From Gammaproteobacteria bacterium (GTDB taxonomy: Bacteria > Pseudomonadota > Gammaproteobacteria > Eutrophobiales > Eutrophobiaceae), in NCBI GenBank assembly GCA_963422205.2, contig CAXMWX010000007.1, positions 96,001 to 160,000 on the forward strand: a stretch of 64,000 bases of DNA, written 5' to 3'. Position 1 is the first letter of the stretch; each line of letters opens with the position of its first letter. The position numbers were made by a program, and so were the translations under genes. The notes beneath the pieces are model-generated. The model was given only the letters and a program-made list of their open reading frames with translations, was not told the DNA's origin and did no database searches. This document shows, one piece after another, positions 1 to 10,079 of the stretch.

Positions 1-1105
1 TGGCAAGCGCGGGTATTAAGGCGGTTTTCAGATCGTATAAAAACAAAAATAAAACCAGGATAACAAACAAGCCACCGATCAGCAGATGACCGGCGATATT
101 CTGTAATGAGGTTTCGATGTAATTGGCCGGGCGAAACAGCCCGGCGTGGAATGTGATCCCGTGCGGCTGTAATACGTTTTCAAGATCCGCCAGCACATGC
201 TCAACAGCACGTGATACAGTCAACGTATTGGCGCCATACTGGCCGATCACCATCATGATGACGCCGGGCTGCCCCATGATGCTGGCCGCCCCATACGGCG
301 GCTCGGCGGCATAACGTATATCGGCGACATCCTGCAAACGGATGCGGCTGCCACCCTGCTGCTGGATAATCATGGACTTCAGCTCTTCGGCTGTATCGGG
401 CTGGCCTGATAGCGTCAGTATGATGCGCTGATTGGCATTCTCGACAAAACCGACACCGTACATGGCTATCGCATCGTTAGCCGTATCCACCACCTGCTGT
501 ACGCTGAGCTGATATTTTTTTAATGCCTCGGTGTCAAGCTGGATCTGCAGCTGCCTGATCTGGCCGCCAAACACATTCACATCCGCCACCCCGGCAACAC
601 TCATGATCCTGGGTACGATGGAGCGATCAACGACATCACGCAGTTGCATCAAGTCCGCCGCTTCAGCACTGACGCCAATCGTCATAATCGTTGCCGATGA
701 TGATGCCATTGGCAGTGCCTGCGCCGGGCCAACGCCGGCAGGCAGCTGCTCACTTATCCCGGCCAGCCTCTCGCTCACTAATTGCCGGTTGCGATACACA
801 TCCGTCTGCTCCTGAAAGAACACATTAATGATAGACAAGCCCTGTATGGATTCAGAGCGCACGGTATCCAGGCCGATCAACCCACTGATGGCACGCTCGA
901 CAGGATGCGTCACAAGCTGCTCGACCTGCTCGGCTGAATAGCCGGGGACCTCGGTCTGAATAATGATAAGCGGCGGGGAGAACTCAGGAAAAATATCCAG
1001 CCCGGCGTTGACCAGCCGATAGCAGCCATAAATCATCAAAAGACAGGCCAGGCTGATGACCACGGCCTTTCGGTCTATGGAAAACCGGATGAGTGCTGCC
1101 AGCAT
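1..1105 (-). CDS. CusA/CzcA-family heavy-metal RND efflux permease (5' part; runs off window start)
   Basis: Manual translation from ATG at 1105: MLAALIRFSIDRKAVVISLACLLMIYG...LDIFPEFSPPLIIIQTEVPGYSAEQVEQLVTHPVERAISG..., the typical CusA/CzcA N-terminus; directly downstream of an RND adaptor gene. Confidence 0.9.
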   Translation of the reverse strand, partial: MLAALIRFSIDRKAVVISLACLLMIYGCYRLVNAGLDIFPEFSPPLIIIQTEVPGYSAEQVEQLVTHPVERAISGLIGLDTVRSESIQGLSIINVFFQEQTDVYRNRQLVSERLAGISEQLPAGVGPAQALPMASSSATIMTIGVSAEAADLMQLRDVVDRSIVPRIMSVAGVADVNVFGGQIRQLQIQLDTEALKKYQLSVQQVVDTANDAIAMYGVGFVENANQRIILTLSGQPDTAEELKSMIIQQQGGSRIRLQDVADIRYAAEPPYGAASIMGQPGVIMMVIGQYGANTLTVSRAVEHVLADLENVLQPHGITFHAGLFRPANYIETSLQNIAGHLLIGGLFVILVLFLFLYDLKTALIPALA

Positions 1106-1125
1106 GTCATGCCGCCTGATAAAAT

Positions 1126-2163
1126 TTACGGAACATCATCCTCATCAGGTATACGCCAGCGAAATTCTTCGGATAACAGAATTTGTGCGCCCTTAAAAAC
1201 ATAGTCCAGATTGACCAGCGCCTGATTGGCGACAAACCAGCCGCTGCCGGTTTTATAATAGTCCTGAAGTTCCATCCGGTTGAACACATCGGCCCCGGTC
1301 TTGATATACAGCCAGGGTTTATCCTCATGCCAGATAACGGCATTCGCCTCCACGATGACCCCCGGTACGGGTTGCCCGGCAGCCACCCAGGCATAGACCC
1401 TCATGCCCGCTTTTAACCTGCCCGCCTGCACGCTGAAGAGATGGCTCTCCCTTTGGCTTGCTGTCTTGGCATGAATAGAGCGGCTGACGTAGCTGGCCGG
1501 TATTGCCGTTGCCCTGTCGGCACTGTCATGAATAAAAGCGGACGATAGCCCCATCGCCCCACTCACCTCATCATCCAGCGTGATGTCCACCAGCAGCCTC
1601 TCGCCATTTAACACCGCTGTCAGGGGCTGCGGATCTTCCGCAAAAAACCAGCCGGCAATCCTCTCCCCCCACTGCCGTTGCAGGGTGTTCCTTGTTGCCT
1701 TTATCTGTTGTTCCAGGTTTTTCGACTGCATGAAATCTTCCTGGTACTGACGTTTTGCCTCATCATAACGCCGGGCGGTGGTATGGGAATGCTCCTTGTT
1801 CAACAGCACAACGCGCTGTAGCTCATTCGTGCTGGCCTTCAGCGCATTGTTGCTTAAATTTAACGCATGTCTGGTCGCACTTAACTGCTCATAAATCGCC
1901 ATCAAATCATCAACAGGCAACACATAACCCACCCCGCCATGTTCCGGCTGATAATCGGCCTGTACTGCCCGGCGGGTTTGAATCCCGGCAGCACGCTGTG
2001 CTGCAATGCCGATATAAACCGTGCCGGCTTGATACTCGCCCTCGGCCTGTTCTAACTCATCCTCCTCGTGCTTACTTTCATGTGCATGGAAAAAAGTATA
2101 AAAGCCGATAATTGCCAACAGCACGATGAACAGCATCAGGTAAATGCGTTGTATCTTATTCAT
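1126..2163 (-). CDS. RND efflux periplasmic adaptor (membrane fusion protein)
   Basis: N-terminal TM, His/Glu-rich linker, helical hairpin, C-terminal 'GVIVEANAVIWHEDKPWLY...GAQILLSEE'; upstream of the permease. Confidence 0.8.
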   Translation of the reverse strand: MNKIQRIYLMLFIVLLAIIGFYTFFHAHESKHEEDELEQAEGEYQAGTVYIGIAAQRAAGIQTRRAVQADYQPEHGGVGYVLPVDDLMAIYEQLSATRHALNLSNNALKASTNELQRVVLLNKEHSHTTARRYDEAKRQYQEDFMQSKNLEQQIKATRNTLQRQWGERIAGWFFAEDPQPLTAVLNGERLLVDITLDDEVSGAMGLSSAFIHDSADRATAIPASYVSRSIHAKTASQRESHLFSVQAGRLKAGMRVYAWVAAGQPVPGVIVEANAVIWHEDKPWLYIKTGADVFNRMELQDYYKTGSGWFVANQALVNLDYVFKGAQILLSEEFRWRIPDEDDVP

Positions 2164-2323
2164 GTCACTGGAAGATCACCTCTTCATTGCCCGGCTTTTG
2201 CCTGGCATTGTGCAGATAATAACGTTGTTTATACCCGAATGACAGACACGCCACGGTGGTATTACTATCAGAGCGGCATGAGCGATAACTGTATAAGTTC
2301 AGAAACCTATTGCACTATTCTCA

Positions 2324-2533
2324 TGAATGCGGTCTGCGAGCGTTTTCATCGAACCATGGTTGGTGAGCCTGCCGAACCATTCAAGAGCAGTCCTGCCTGT
2401 GCGTCCCTTCACGCAGACAGGCTGGCTGGTCAAATACAATGGCCTGCGCCCGCACAAAGGACTGGGATGATAAGCCCCGGCGCAGTACATTATCCAGCAT
2501 AACAAAAAGGGCAATAGGTGGTGGACTCATACA
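2324..2533 (+). mobile_element. IS481-family remnant (3' end of transposase plus right end)
   Basis: Translates NAVCERFHRT-IQEQ...WLVKYNGLRPHKGLG...NKKGNRWWTHT and ends ...GGACTCATACA; homologous to the right end of the element at 4577-5627; interrupted by mini-repeats. Confidence 0.75.
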
Positions 2534-2621
2534 TGGTGTTGAGCCGCTTAATCAAGTATTCTCAAATATCCACCCATCTGATGTACTTGCAAATTGAATT
2601 AACATAGTAATAGTAGAGCCC

Positions 2622-3511
2622 ATGGATAAATTGCCAAAATTTCAAGAAACCTTTATTCCATTTTATATATTTTGAATCAGAAATCGACCGCAATCTCCTT
2701 AGAAGAGATACGCCGCAAGGTGCGGGATAGGTTTTACGCTCGTTTACCCCGTGAATTGCTGCAACAACAAACTTCTACGGGTACAAATACACTATTAGAT
2801 AGAATAGGTTGGGCCGCTTCTTACTTGTTTTTAGCTGGCTATCTTGAGAAACCCAAAAGAGGTTTTTATCAAATTGGCAGTAAAGGCGCACAATCTTTAC
2901 ACAAGGGCAGTCTGCCTCTGAAAGAGTTAAAAAATCAACCAGAATATCAGACTCACCAGGCATTCCATCATCAAAAATCAGGTAAGGAAGATGAAGCAAC
3001 GGAGGAGAATACGCCTATCGATAATATTGACAAGGGCATTCAGGCTATTGAGCAAGAAATCAAAAACAAACTGCTTGAGAAAATCAGCAGCATCAATCCT
3101 TATGATTTTGAAAAAGTCATTTTAGACTTGCTGCAAGCTATGGGCTATGGCGATACAATTTCAACAGCAAAATCCAATGATGGCGGGATTGATGGCATAG
3201 TCAATGAAGACAAGCTGGGGCTGGATAAAATTTATATTCAGGCCAAACGTTTTAATGAAGGCAAGGTGCGTGAAAAAGAGATCCGGGATTTTATTGGCGC
3301 GATGAGCGGCGATACAAGCAAAGGCATTTTTGTGACGACTTCAGATTTTGATCATAAAGCAATCGAAAAAGTAAAAACAGCACACCATAAAATCAGATTA
3401 ATTAACGGTGCTGAATTAGTAAAACTTATGTATGACTACGGCATTGGCGTACAGGTAGAAAGTATTATCAAAATCAAAAAGGTTAATTCCGGCTTTTTTG
3501 AAGAACAGTGA
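2622..3511 (+). CDS. mrr: Mrr-family type IV restriction endonuclease, apparent 1-nt frameshift near the N-terminus
   Basis: Mrr_N 'DRIGWAASYLFLAGYLEKPKRG' and catalytic 'DGGIDGIVNEDKLGLDKIYIQAKR...GIFVTTSDF'. The likely true start MDKLPKFQETFIP (ATG 2622) is out of frame with the 2672-3511 ORF. Confidence 0.85.
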
Positions 3512-3528
3512 GCAGACAGATTCACCAT

Positions 3529-4353
3529 TCAATGCCGGATACGCAAAAACACCGGATGTTTGAATTTCCCCTTTTTCGTCACGCCATAATACTTGAACCT
3601 AATGGTCGTACCTGTGTCAGGCGGGTTTTCCCGCTGGGCGTCGGTAAACCCGGAGCCCACTTTAACCGCTACGCCCTCTTTTGTGATGCACAGCAGTGCC
3701 CCCATTTTGCCTGCATATTTGCCCTTGCCCGGCAGAACCGCTTCCACTATGCATTCCGCATCCAAATGCTGTTTCATCTTCAAGGCCGAATTCAAGCGCC
3801 CGGTCTGATAGCCCAGATCCGGGTTTCTTACCACGACGCCCTCGCCACCTTTGCTCACCACCTCATGCAGAAACTGCTTGAGCTGTTCCTGACGGGTAAT
3901 TGGATACTGTTTAATGATTTTAATGGGCGTATGCGGATGCTCCGCCAGATAATCCCGCAGCACCTGTAACCGCTCCATCAACCCGCCCGGTTGCTCGGGC
4001 ACTTCAAAAATCCAGTGGGTGATGCCATGCCAGCGTTCATCCGGCTTTTTGCGCCTGACGATACTGCTGGTTTGTTCAAAATCCTGTACGCCTGTCCACA
4101 ACTCCCCATCGATGGCAAACGGCGGATACTGTTTGACAAACCAATCCGGCGCCATGATCTTCTCACCGCTGCGCGTCAGCAACTGCCGGCCATCCCAAAA
4201 CCCGCGAATACCATCCAGTTTCTCACTCATCACCCAGCCCACCACCGGCATCCCGTCATCGTAGGTTTTCAGTAAAAACAAATCCGGTTTGTCCGCCGCC
4301 AGCAAAAAACCCGGCAGGCATAACAGACACAACAGACCGATGATTTTTTTCAT
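3529..4353 (-). CDS. ATP-dependent DNA ligase with N-terminal signal peptide (Lig E type)
   Basis: MKKIIGLLCLLCLPGFLLA signal; SEKLDGIR, DGELW, GGEGVV, LKMK motifs; OB domain 'KVGSGFTDAQR...HPVFLRIR'. Confidence 0.9.
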   Translation of the reverse strand: MKKIIGLLCLLCLPGFLLAADKPDLFLLKTYDDGMPVVGWVMSEKLDGIRGFWDGRQLLTRSGEKIMAPDWFVKQYPPFAIDGELWTGVQDFEQTSSIVRRKKPDERWHGITHWIFEVPEQPGGLMERLQVLRDYLAEHPHTPIKIIKQYPITRQEQLKQFLHEVVSKGGEGVVVRNPDLGYQTGRLNSALKMKQHLDAECIVEAVLPGKGKYAGKMGALLCITKEGVAVKVGSGFTDAQRENPPDTGTTIRFKYYGVTKKGKFKHPVFLRIRH

Positions 4354-4576
4354 GGGATGCGACCTTGAGTTTATTGATCGGCACGCAACAGCAACAGCAT
4401 TCAGATGCTGTCCGCTACGCTCTAAGGCCGGTGATTGAGCATCAAACCCCTGGCCATACTGCTCAAATAGGCGCGGGGTTCTCTGATTGAATGAAGTCAA
4501 GTTCACTTCAGAGTACATCAAACGAGAATGCTTATCAATTTTGATGGGGCGACAGTCAGATGGCGATTAACTCTTT

Positions 4577-5627
4577 TGTACAAGTTCAAAAACCTATTGC
4601 CCTATTCGTAAGAGAGAGAACGAGAGCACTATCAGCATATAGGGTATCGAATAAAAGGCTTTTATCGCACGGGCAGCCATGCAATAAGGGCGGACATGAA
4701 TAATCAAATCGCCGCACAGCGTCCCTGCTTGCGTGCTGCGTGCAGGCAAGTCAGTGTGCTTAGATTCTGGGACAAGCATGGCCTGACCCGCCCTTGACCA
4801 CAGTGGCAGTGGTTCGACAAGCTCACCCACCAGAGCCGCCGTACCCTGTATGCCTGGCGCAAAGCCTACCGCGAGTGGGGACTGTCTGGCTTGTGTCCGA
4901 CCCCCAAAGCACCGAAGCGCACTCGCCGCTGACCACAAGCGGTTATCCAGCAGATACGCCAACGGCGCCAAGACCTGCCCAATCTGGATAAAGAGCAGTG
5001 TCAGGTACTGCTCAGATCCTGGTGTCAGGCCAGGGGATTGCCCTGTCCCAGTACTTCGACCATTGGCCGCCCTGTCTGTGCGGGTACGCAGACGGGCTGA
5101 TTGCCGATACCCCCGACAAGAGGCGAATCTCACCCCCGGCCTTGAGCCCGAAGGGGAAAGCCAAAGCCTATCGAAGAACCCCCGTCACACGCCGCCCTAA
5201 AGGCTATCGCCCCAGCCAGATTGGCGAGTGTGTGGGACTGGACGCCATCGAGCGGCGTAGGCAGGTGGCCGGGGGGTATCTCCTCACCTCTATTGACGAA
5301 GCCAGTGGCTATGCCTTAGTCCTGGCGGTGCCGAAACGGAGCAGCCAAGCTGCCAGAGACTTCTTTGAGACGTGTTTCCGCTTGACCCCCTTCCCCATCC
5401 AGCAGGTGATTACCGACAGTGGCGTTACGTTCAAGGGCGCGTTTGACCAACGGCTCAATGATAGTCAGATCCTGCATCTATACACCTATCCCAAAACCCC
5501 AAAAATGAATGCCGTGGCTGGTGAGCTTGTCGAACCATCTGTGAGCGCTTTAACCGCACCATGGTTGGTGAGCCTGCCGAACCCTATCCAGTACAACAAA
5601 AAGGGCAATAGGGGGTGGGCGCATACA
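4577..5627 (+). mobile_element. Degenerate IS481-family element
   Basis: TGT...ACA ends with imperfect IRs sharing CCTATTGCCCT / AGGGCAATAGG; rve-type fragments 'LDAIER...IDEAS...VITDSGVTFKG...YPKTPKMNAV-CERFNRT'; frameshifts and deletions. Confidence 0.8.
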
Positions 5628-5689
5628 CCAGCTTGTCATTTCATGTTGAATGGATTAGTGTCTGCACCGCAATGACAAGGACTGATGAT

Positions 5690-5765
5690 GCCGGATTAGC
5701 TCAGTTGGTAGAGCACCCGCCTTGTAAGCGGACGGTCGGGAGTTCGAGTCCCCCATCCGGCACCA
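5690..5765 (+). tRNA. tRNA-Thr(TGT)
   Basis: GCCGGATTAGCTCAGTTGGTAGAGCA...anticodon loop CTTGTAA...GTTCGAGTC...TCCGGCACCA, 76 nt. Confidence 0.95.
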
Positions 5766-5878
5766 ACCACTGTCTCATCTATCCGCACTTAAACCGGGTT
5801 TTGTTTCTCTTATCTCAGTTGAAGCTGCGAGCAGGCCAACGCCGAATGGATCAACATGCCCTGCTATCCATCGCCCGG

Positions 5879-6961
5879 CTACTGCCTGGCGGCACTGCCA
5901 TACAGTAACTCATGATAGTGTTGCAGCCTGGTATGTAATTCCGCATGGCTGGCAGCCGACAGATTGACATGCCCCAGTTTTCTATCCGGGCGATACGATT
6001 TGCCGTACCAGTGAACATCAATATCAGCATTCGCAAGCCATGCCGGTTTGAACTCAAGACCAACAAGATTGATCATGCCAGCACAACCCTCCACAACAGG
6101 CGGAGTGAGCGGGGAGTTCATCAACGCTAACAGATGCAGTTGAAATTGATTGAGGCTCGCCCCGGTTTGTGTCCAGTGACCGCTGTTATGCACCCGCGGT
6201 GCGATCTCATTGACAAGCAGCTTGCCTCCCTCGATAAATAATTCAGCCGCCATGACGCCCTCATAGCCAAGCGCCTGCATGATGTGTCCAAGCATATCCT
6301 CAGCCACCTGCTGGACAGGCTCACTATCAGGTGCAGGGGCAATACTGTAACGCAATATGCCCTCAATATGGACGTTCTCAGTGAGGGGATAAAACACACA
6401 CTGACCCGCACGGTTGCGGGCGCCAAGCACCGACAGCTCTCGGTCGAAATCGATCCTCGGCTCAGCGATAGCGGCCTTGCCGGCGGGCAGCGGCGATTCG
6501 GCAACCGGGCGATTGGCCGACATAAACCACTGACCACGGCCATCGTAACCCCCTTCGGCCAGCTTCAACACCACGTCTTTACCCAGCCTGGCATGGACAG
6601 GCGACAGATCATCGGCGGCTGTCACCGGCAACCAGGCCGCCGTTGGTATGGACAGACGATCCAGCAGCGCTTTTTGCCTTCGTCTGTGCGCCAGCGTGTA
6701 CAACGCCTGCTCGCCATGCCAGCCTGGGTTAGCACGCAGATCATTCACCAGCGCTGTATCGGGGATATGCTCGCGCTCTATCGTGATGATGTCATAGTCA
6801 GTCGGGCTGAACTGATCCAGGCTGTGTACCTTGCCGCTGCTGCCGTAGAGAATACCACCGTTATCAATATCCAGCCGGTCGATCGTCATGCCCCAGCGGG
6901 CGCCAGCCTCCGCCAGCATCAGCCCAAGCTGGCCGCTGCCCAGCACCAGTATTCGCTGCAT
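5879..6961 (-). CDS. purK: N5-carboxyaminoimidazole ribonucleotide synthase
   Basis: GSGQLGLML, GGYDGRGQ, NEIAPRVHNSGHWT, YGKSYRPDRKLGH; downstream of purE. Confidence 0.95.
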   Translation of the reverse strand: MQRILVLGSGQLGLMLAEAGARWGMTIDRLDIDNGGILYGSSGKVHSLDQFSPTDYDIITIEREHIPDTALVNDLRANPGWHGEQALYTLAHRRRQKALLDRLSIPTAAWLPVTAADDLSPVHARLGKDVVLKLAEGGYDGRGQWFMSANRPVAESPLPAGKAAIAEPRIDFDRELSVLGARNRAGQCVFYPLTENVHIEGILRYSIAPAPDSEPVQQVAEDMLGHIMQALGYEGVMAAELFIEGGKLLVNEIAPRVHNSGHWTQTGASLNQFQLHLLALMNSPLTPPVVEGCAGMINLVGLEFKPAWLANADIDVHWYGKSYRPDRKLGHVNLSAASHAELHTRLQHYHELLYGSAARQ

Positions 6962-6964
6962 TGC

Positions 6965-7465
6965 TTATTTGCCCGGAGCTTTGCCTGGGTCAGGGTTAGT
7001 CAGCACCTCATCGGTACGTTGCTCCCGCCAGGCCCTCACCCGGTCTGCCAACCCCCTGTCGCCCAGTGCCAGTATCTGGCCGGCCAGCAGGCCGGCATTG
7101 AACGCCCCTGCCGTGCCGATGGCCAGCGTACCCACCGCCACGCCCCTGGGCATCTGCACGATGGACAGCAAGCTGTCCAGGCCGTTTAAGTGTGCGCTGT
7201 TAATCGGCACACCCAAAACCGGCCGAGAGGTATGGGCGGCCACCATACCGGGCAGGTGCGCGGCACCACCCGCACCGGCGATGATCACCTGAAAGCCTTG
7301 CCGTTCGGCCTGCTGGGAGAATTGCTGTAACTTCACCGGCGTGCGATGCGCCGAGACAATTTCGGTATGATAACCCACGCCCAACTCATCCAGCACACCG
7401 CAGGCAGCCTGCATGGTTTGCCAATCACTGTGAGAGCCCATGATGACGGCGACCGGCTTGCTCAT
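6965..7465 (-). CDS. purE: N5-CAIR mutase
   Basis: [38 protein letters not shown]. Confidence 0.97.
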   Translation of the reverse strand: MSKPVAVIMGSHSDWQTMQAACGVLDELGVGYHTEIVSAHRTPVKLQQFSQQAERQGFQVIIAGAGGAAHLPGMVAAHTSRPVLGVPINSAHLNGLDSLLSIVQMPRGVAVGTLAIGTAGAFNAGLLAGQILALGDRGLADRVRAWREQRTDEVLTNPDPGKAPGK

Positions 7466-7619
7466 TGATTTCTATCTATCCCATGATTGGCGTGAGGTAA
7501 ACGCCGTGATCGTATCATGTCCCTAAGCCTCTATACAGGGCTGCTGTACAGGATACTCCCCTCGCTTTTTATTCAAAGCACCGGGGGTTTAACGCCCCAC
7601 TGTCAGAATTTTTTTACCC

Positions 7620-8627
7620 TTACTCCTGCTCATCCAATTCATACGCTTTGCTTTTTTGAGAGTAGGTAATCCCCGGCGTTTTTTCAGCCCGCTCCCCGGT
7701 GATAGCGCGCCTGAAAACTTCGGTTATCACCGGGTTTTTATCCCGTCTTTTATCAAAATTGAGTCTGGGATAATTAAATTCGTAGAACACGCCATGCGTA
7801 TTGCCGACATTTTTCCCGCCGGTGAAGTCGAAGTAGATCACATTCGGGCTATTGAGATTTCTCGCCGTATTACCCAGGCGATCAGGATTGATGACATCGG
7901 CACAATCAAGCACTTTATCTCGCTCATTGATTGTGACATAAATCCGATTGCCAAATGACAGCTTCGGCATCCATTCGCCGTGCGATTTTGAATCAACGTC
8001 CGGCTGGCAGAGAATGATATTTTCAAACATACGCATCTCGCCATTGTAGTGAACGGGATTACGCACAAACTCCTCCAGCAGGCGATTGCCCAGACTGTAT
8101 GACATAAAACTTAAACGAATGTCACAGTTGCGATTGAAGGGGCGTGAGCACAGATACCTCGACAGCGCCTCCAGGATGCGGTCAAGCGCGGCGACAGAAT
8201 CTCTGGCATTGCCTCTTGCCCTTCGATACTCGACCGGTCCAGCACCAACCAGCAAGCCGCCAGGATTACTGGGCCAGGAAAAGGCGATAACGTTAACGTC
8301 ATAGAGTTTCTCAAGGGCGTAGCATTTTTTCAGGTTTTTCTTGAAAGATTTATTAAAACCATGAACGAAGAAGAGCCAGCGCTTTGATACGTTTCCCTCA
8401 TTCATTTCAAAAAGCATTCTGTCAAATAACTGTCGTGAGGGTGATTTGCCGGCGTCCAGGCGGGTTTTCTTTTCCGGCTGTAAATCAACGCACCAGGTGC
8501 CATCAGTTTTCCTTTTCGCTGTGGCGACACGAAGTTCATCCGGCGCCTCGTTCAAGCTGTCACCGAAGATTCTTTCATTTCCGGCAGTCTCATTGATAAC
8601 CTTTCTATTAGTGACGATGATTATCAT
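7620..8627 (-). CDS. DUF900-family alpha/beta hydrolase
   Basis: VTNR, FFVHGFN, FSWPS, SYSLG nucleophile elbow, PDVD; an alternative ATG at 8675 lies inside the IS1595 IR. Confidence 0.75.
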   Translation of the reverse strand: MIIIVTNRKVINETAGNERIFGDSLNEAPDELRVATAKRKTDGTWCVDLQPEKKTRLDAGKSPSRQLFDRMLFEMNEGNVSKRWLFFVHGFNKSFKKNLKKCYALEKLYDVNVIAFSWPSNPGGLLVGAGPVEYRRARGNARDSVAALDRILEALSRYLCSRPFNRNCDIRLSFMSYSLGNRLLEEFVRNPVHYNGEMRMFENIILCQPDVDSKSHGEWMPKLSFGNRIYVTINERDKVLDCADVINPDRLGNTARNLNSPNVIYFDFTGGKNVGNTHGVFYEFNYPRLNFDKRRDKNPVITEVFRRAITGERAEKTPGITYSQKSKAYELDEQE

Positions 8628-8668
8628 AATAATTTTCTCCGTTTTGATGTTGGTCGTATCATTTTCAA

Positions 8669-9261
8669 GAGTCATAGGAAGTTAAGCGGTCTACATTGGC
8701 TTCTCACCTGTCTGCGTGCGGACACGCACAGGCAGGCGGAGCGGTTTCAGGATCACCTGATAGAGGGTATCACGGCGATGATGAAACCGAAATTCGGTCT
8801 CTTTGAGATGATCATAACACCTCTCTGCGAATGCCTTTGCTGGCATCGGGCACGATCTCCGTGAACAGCTGTCCGTGACGCTGGAGCAGGCCAAAGACGA
8901 GGGTTTTCTGCTTGGCACCGCGACCACGTTTGCCACGGATGCACTTCCGGCCAAAGCAGGATTCATCGACTTCGACCGCGCCGACAAAGGGCGATTGTTG
9001 TTCACAAAAATCCGCAATGCGCTGGCGCAGTTTGAGGGAAATCGGGTGTACCGAGCTCAGGCGAATGCCGGTCAATCGGGCACTGTCGGAGGCGGCCAAC
9101 TCCAGGGCAAAACAGCGGATCAGTTGCCGAAATGTCCGCTCGGTGATTTAAGGAACGGATGTAATACCTGTTTTTCCTATTCATTTCACCTGCCTGTGCG
9201 TGTTCGTACGCAGACAGGGAAGATTAGCACCTGTCTGGTAGGGCTTAACTTCCCATGACCC
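8669..9261 (-). mobile_element. Degenerate IS1595-family (IS1016-like) element
   Basis: 19-bp IRs GAGTCATAGGAAGTTAAGC (8669-8687) / GCTTAACTTCCCATGACCC (9243-9261); fragments 'VEVDESCFG...GKRGRGAKQKTLVFGLL...TEIVPD' and 'HLKETEFRF'; internal deletion. Confidence 0.85.
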
Positions 9262-9619
9262 TAAATCAATTCTCATCCATTGATGTAGAGAATTTCATTG
9301 ATAAAAAGGGCGAGGATACAAATAATCAAGCCCTCGTTCCTACGCTCAACGTAGCCTGAATTGAAGGTCTCCAGAAATCTATCGATGAAATCAACATAGA
9401 AATCAACGCTACAATTTCTAATTGGCTTCTTAATAAAGGGCATGCCTTTTCGGCTCTGTGTGTCAACGGTATTATCCGGCATGGTTACTTGCTGGCGCTA
9501 CATAAACAGGAAATACAGCTTCGTGGAGCATCGAATATAGAGCGCAAATTGAAGGAGAAGAAAACATACCTGAAGGGCGAGCTTGATAAAATTCCCGGCA
9601 AGGTCAGCGCTTCTGGCAA

Positions 9620-10050
9620 CCCGAAAGACATTTGCTCAAGACACACTTAACCTGACGCTTGCCAGCCCGGAAGTCAATCGCTATCAAAAGCGTGGCAAGG
9701 ATGCGGCAGAATGGCTGCCGGATAAGAACCAGTGCTGGTTTGCTGATCGCATTGTTCAGGTGCGGCAGAAGTATCATCTCACGATTGACAGGGAAGAGGC
9801 TGAGATGTTGGAGAGTGTGTTATCTGAGTGTAGTTCGGTGGAGATGGTGTTTTATGCTGATGATGCTCCGGTCGTTGCGCCTGAACCGGCTGAGGATACT
9901 GTTGATGCGCTGTTGTTATGGGATGACAATGGCAATGGTCGGATTACTTGTGCTGAGGCCAAGCGTCACGGGATTGCGCCAGTGCCGAGCGACCATCCGG
10001 CTTATCGTTATATGCGGGATGGGGACGGCGATGGCATGGTGTGTGAGTGA
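9620..10050 (+). pseudogene. 5'-truncated DUF1524/HNH-type secreted nuclease with C-terminal Excalibur domain
   Basis: 'FAQDTLNLTLASPEVNRYQKRGKDAAEWLP..NQCWFA' plus 'CAEAKRHGIAPV...HPAYRYMRDGDGDGMVCE'; N-terminus missing. Confidence 0.7.
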
Positions 10051-10079
10051 AAGTTTGAGTCTTTTTACAAATAGGGGGA

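Noticed and set aside
4354-4521. N-terminal extension of the ligase ORF
   Set aside because: The signal peptide begins at ATG 4353; the upstream part looks like unrelated decayed sequence that I cannot identify.
6284-7189. Long antisense ORFs (also 15919-17052, 38311-39204, 59791-60660 and others)
   Set aside because: Shadow frames of well-supported genes in GC-rich DNA with no recognisable motifs.
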